A stretch of 61,334 nt of DNA, counting the filler, from Chiloscyllium plagiosum (lineage: Eukaryota), in assembly GCF_004010195.1 (NCBI RefSeq). It is 3 parts of one record of this genome, joined end to end, with 100 filler letters (N's around TTAATTAATTAA, not from the genome) between each part and the next. Parts side by side here need not be neighbours in the genome. Positions count along the whole stretch, not along the records: positions 39,969 to 61,334 come from NC_057717.1; 2 more parts are not named here. One strand, written 5' to 3'. A program made the translations under genes and the position numbers. The notes under the pieces were generated by a model. That model did no database searches, was not told the origin of the DNA, and was given only the letters and a program-made list of their open reading frames with translations. Below, in pieces: positions 58,784-61,334 of this stretch (the first letter of the stretch is position 1; every line of letters starts with the position of its first letter).

Positions 58784-59904
58784 TGCTCTCTGTTCTATGC
58801 ACTATGAGTGATCTTACCTCACTGCAGCATTTATTGAAGACTCCAAATCTCTCCAACCTTTGACTGTTTGTCTGACCAAACGTATTTAATGAGATGATGG
58901 ACGATACAACCCAGCAGTTGGGAAGTCTATTGAATCATGAACTTCCTGAGCACCAACAGAATACAGAGAAATAGAATCGGAAATTATATGGATGCAGAGA
59001 TGGTGACACTTGGAGACACGTTCGATGTCCCACATAGATCTGTTAAATCCCAATCTCCATCCCTGGTCTGAGCTGACTCATCTCTTTGGATGGAGAATTC
59101 TACTGGCTCAGAATCTGGAGTAGCTGGAAAAGGTGCAATTAAAGGCAGCAATTAGAACCACATAGTGATGGACACCACATGAGTGATATCACCAGAGTTC
59201 ACGAAGGAATTGGGATCAATCATTTGTCAGGAAGAAGGGGTTATGATTCATAGTGCACTGTTATCAGTACTTAATGATACGTGATCTATGAGTCGTCAGG
59301 TGATGGCCTAGATCTATACTCACCTACTGTTCATCTAGAATTTAATGCTCGTGTCTGGTATATTCACCTGGCTGTTTCATACCCTTTCAGGACAGAAATC
59401 TGTTACAGGCAGCTGGTCTGACCTACAAGTGACACTCACCCACAGCAATGGTTTGAATATGAAGTACGCTCTGAAATGGTCTTGCAAGCCACTAGTTGAA
59501 GGGCAGCTAGTTTTGGGCAAGAAATGCTGTCAGAGAGAGAGACACCCACATCCCACGGCAGAAGTTGGGTCCCAATGCAATTGTGCTGGGAGTCGTGTCC
59601 TGGTTAGTCATGTCGGTAGGTTTATGGACAGGGCTTTAAACTGACAGAGAGAATGCATGGACAGGATTCAGGTGAAAGGAGCTTTCCAAATCCACAGAGA
59701 AAAGTTGAACCATCGGAACAGCACAGGGATGTGCTTGAAGTTGAGCAAAAAGGAACAGAAATGGACAGATTTTAAATAAAACTGTATATAAGTTAATAGG
59801 GTTGTGACAGGAAATGGTGAGGAATATCAATTATAATGTTCGTTTTTGGAATGGGAAAATATCAGCAATAAGATAGATGGACTTGTTCCACAGCGATAAA
59901 TGAA

Positions 59905-61095
59905 ATTTTAATGCTTTGCTGGACACACGTGAAGTGCTAAATGCCTGGACGATAGCAAATGAGGTTCCTTTGTTCAAGAATTGCAGCAATGATGTGCCAG
60001 TTAATTACAGAGTAGATACTCTGACATCAGTGGAAGGGAAATTATTAGAAAATATTCCAAGGGACACAATGACTCAACATTCAGAGAGGCAGGAATCATC
60101 TAGAGATATTCGTCACACATTTGGTGGAGGAAGATTGTGATTGACATATTCAGTTGTGTTTTTTGAAATGGTGTCTAAATATAATGATGTGGTCCACACT
60201 AGTTTCAGCAATGACGTTGACAAGGTTCCATGGAAATCTCTTCCAAAAGGGAAGAGGCCTTGGGATCCAATGCAAGTCGGCAAACTGGATCCAAGATTGA
60301 TCGAATGAAGTTTTTGTGTTTGAAATTCTTTCAGCCGCGGCTGTACCAGAGGGACCTTTGACGGGACCATTTCTGTTCATTATGTGCATTAGTCACTTGG
60401 ATGTGAAAACAGAAGGTATCGTTAGTAAGTTCACAGATGACATGAAAGGTGAGAGTGTTTTACGCAGTGAGTCTGATGGTCACAGGCTACAGTCAAATAT
60501 TGAGCTGATGATAAAAGGCGCAAAGTAATGGCAGGTGGAGTTTATTTCTGATCAGAGTGAGGAAATGCCCTGCGGGAGGTATGATGAGTTAAGGGCAGAC
60601 TAAATGAATGGTGGGTCCTTGTGGAATACTGAGGAAAAAAGGGGCCATGGTGGACAAGAACTTAGATCCCTGATGGAGCCAGCACAGGTAGACAGGATGG
60701 GGAAGACTCTGGACTGGGAGCGAGAGCGGGTCCCATTTCCTGGTGAAGGTAAATGCGAGAGCTGCGATAAGGAATTTAAAATTTTATGGCAGGCCTGTGG
60801 GACATTAAACTGTCGGGAGGACAGAAAGAACTTTGAGGCTGGTACAGACGTTGCAGAAAGCAACTTCAATAGTCAAGGTAGGCAGCAACACAGCAGGCAA
60901 TGCAGGAAAACTGATGAATTACACTGAATTCATTTCAATGCAAAGGTCCTGACAGGTAAGATAGATAAACTCACGGCATGGGTGAGACCAAGGGACTGGG
61001 TATTATAGGTTTTACAGAAAGACAGCTATGAGAGGGATAGGCCTGGCAGTCCATTGTCCCAAGGTACAGGTACTATTGTAAGGGGTGAACGGAAG
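59905..61095 (+). mobile_element. Decayed CR1 RT fragment fused to an ORF1-end/EN-start fragment (paralogue of ~45065-46250)
   Basis: VPVNYR..LTSVEGKLLENI, GPFLFIMCISHLD..SKFTDDMK, then TTTCAATGCAAAGG..GACAGGTAAG. Confidence 0.7.
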
Positions 61096-61109
61096 GACGA
61101 GCGTTGCTG

Positions 61110-61334
61110 GCTTTTGTTTGAGCTGAAACATGTGTTGCTGGAAAAGCGCAGCAAGTCAGGAAGCATCCGAGGAGCAGGAGACGTTTCGAGCATAAGTCCT
61201 TCTTCAGGAATGAGGAAGGTGTGCCAAGCAGGCTAAGTTAAAAGGTAGAGAGGAAGGACCTGAGGGAGGGGCGTTGGGAATGCGATAGGTGGAAGGAGGT
61301 TAAGGTGGGGGTGATAGGCCGGAGAGGGGGTGGG
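61110..61334 (-). mobile_element. Penelope-like 3' terminus
   Basis: GCTGGAAAAGCGCAGC..GTCAGG..GCATCC...ACGTTTCG..TTCTTCAGGAATG, similar to 10757-10945. Confidence 0.75.

Overview
Eukaryotic (vertebrate) DNA, almost certainly from a shark/elasmobranch (HE1-type V-SINEs, HER1/CR1 LINEs, shark-type Penelope elements). It is not prokaryotic: no CRISPR or operon-like system is supported, and most ORFs in the track are artefacts of repeats and N-gaps. The window is three sequence blocks joined by two identical artificial 100-bp spacers (44N-TTAATTAATTAA-44N at 25979-26078 and 39869-39968). Block 1 (1-25978) holds the one protein-coding gene I can support: a spliced + strand type I membrane Ig-superfamily gene of HEPACAM/HEPACAM2-like architecture. 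Its exons are signal peptide 2433-2490, cysteine-less V domain 8181-8525, C2 domain 14667-14936, TM 17659-17784, and ambiguous cytoplasmic exons 17925-17958/62 and 18884 onward, with AATAAA at 19561. It is embedded in CR1, Penelope, SINE and minisatellite repeats. Block 2 and the start of block 3 contain a dispersed, decaying cluster of about a dozen tRNA pseudogenes (Lys, Leu, Arg, Thr, Ile, Val, Glu, Asn-like), some keeping introns or duplicated flanks. The rest of block 3 is old CR1 debris, a degenerate 37-bp satellite and diverged segmental duplicates. Best leads: the HEPACAM-like gene, the tRNA graveyard, hammerhead-ribozyme motifs in Penelope termini, a DeuSINE-VNTR composite, and tandem duplications straddling retroelement junctions. 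All family assignments are from recalled consensus sequences, not database searches.
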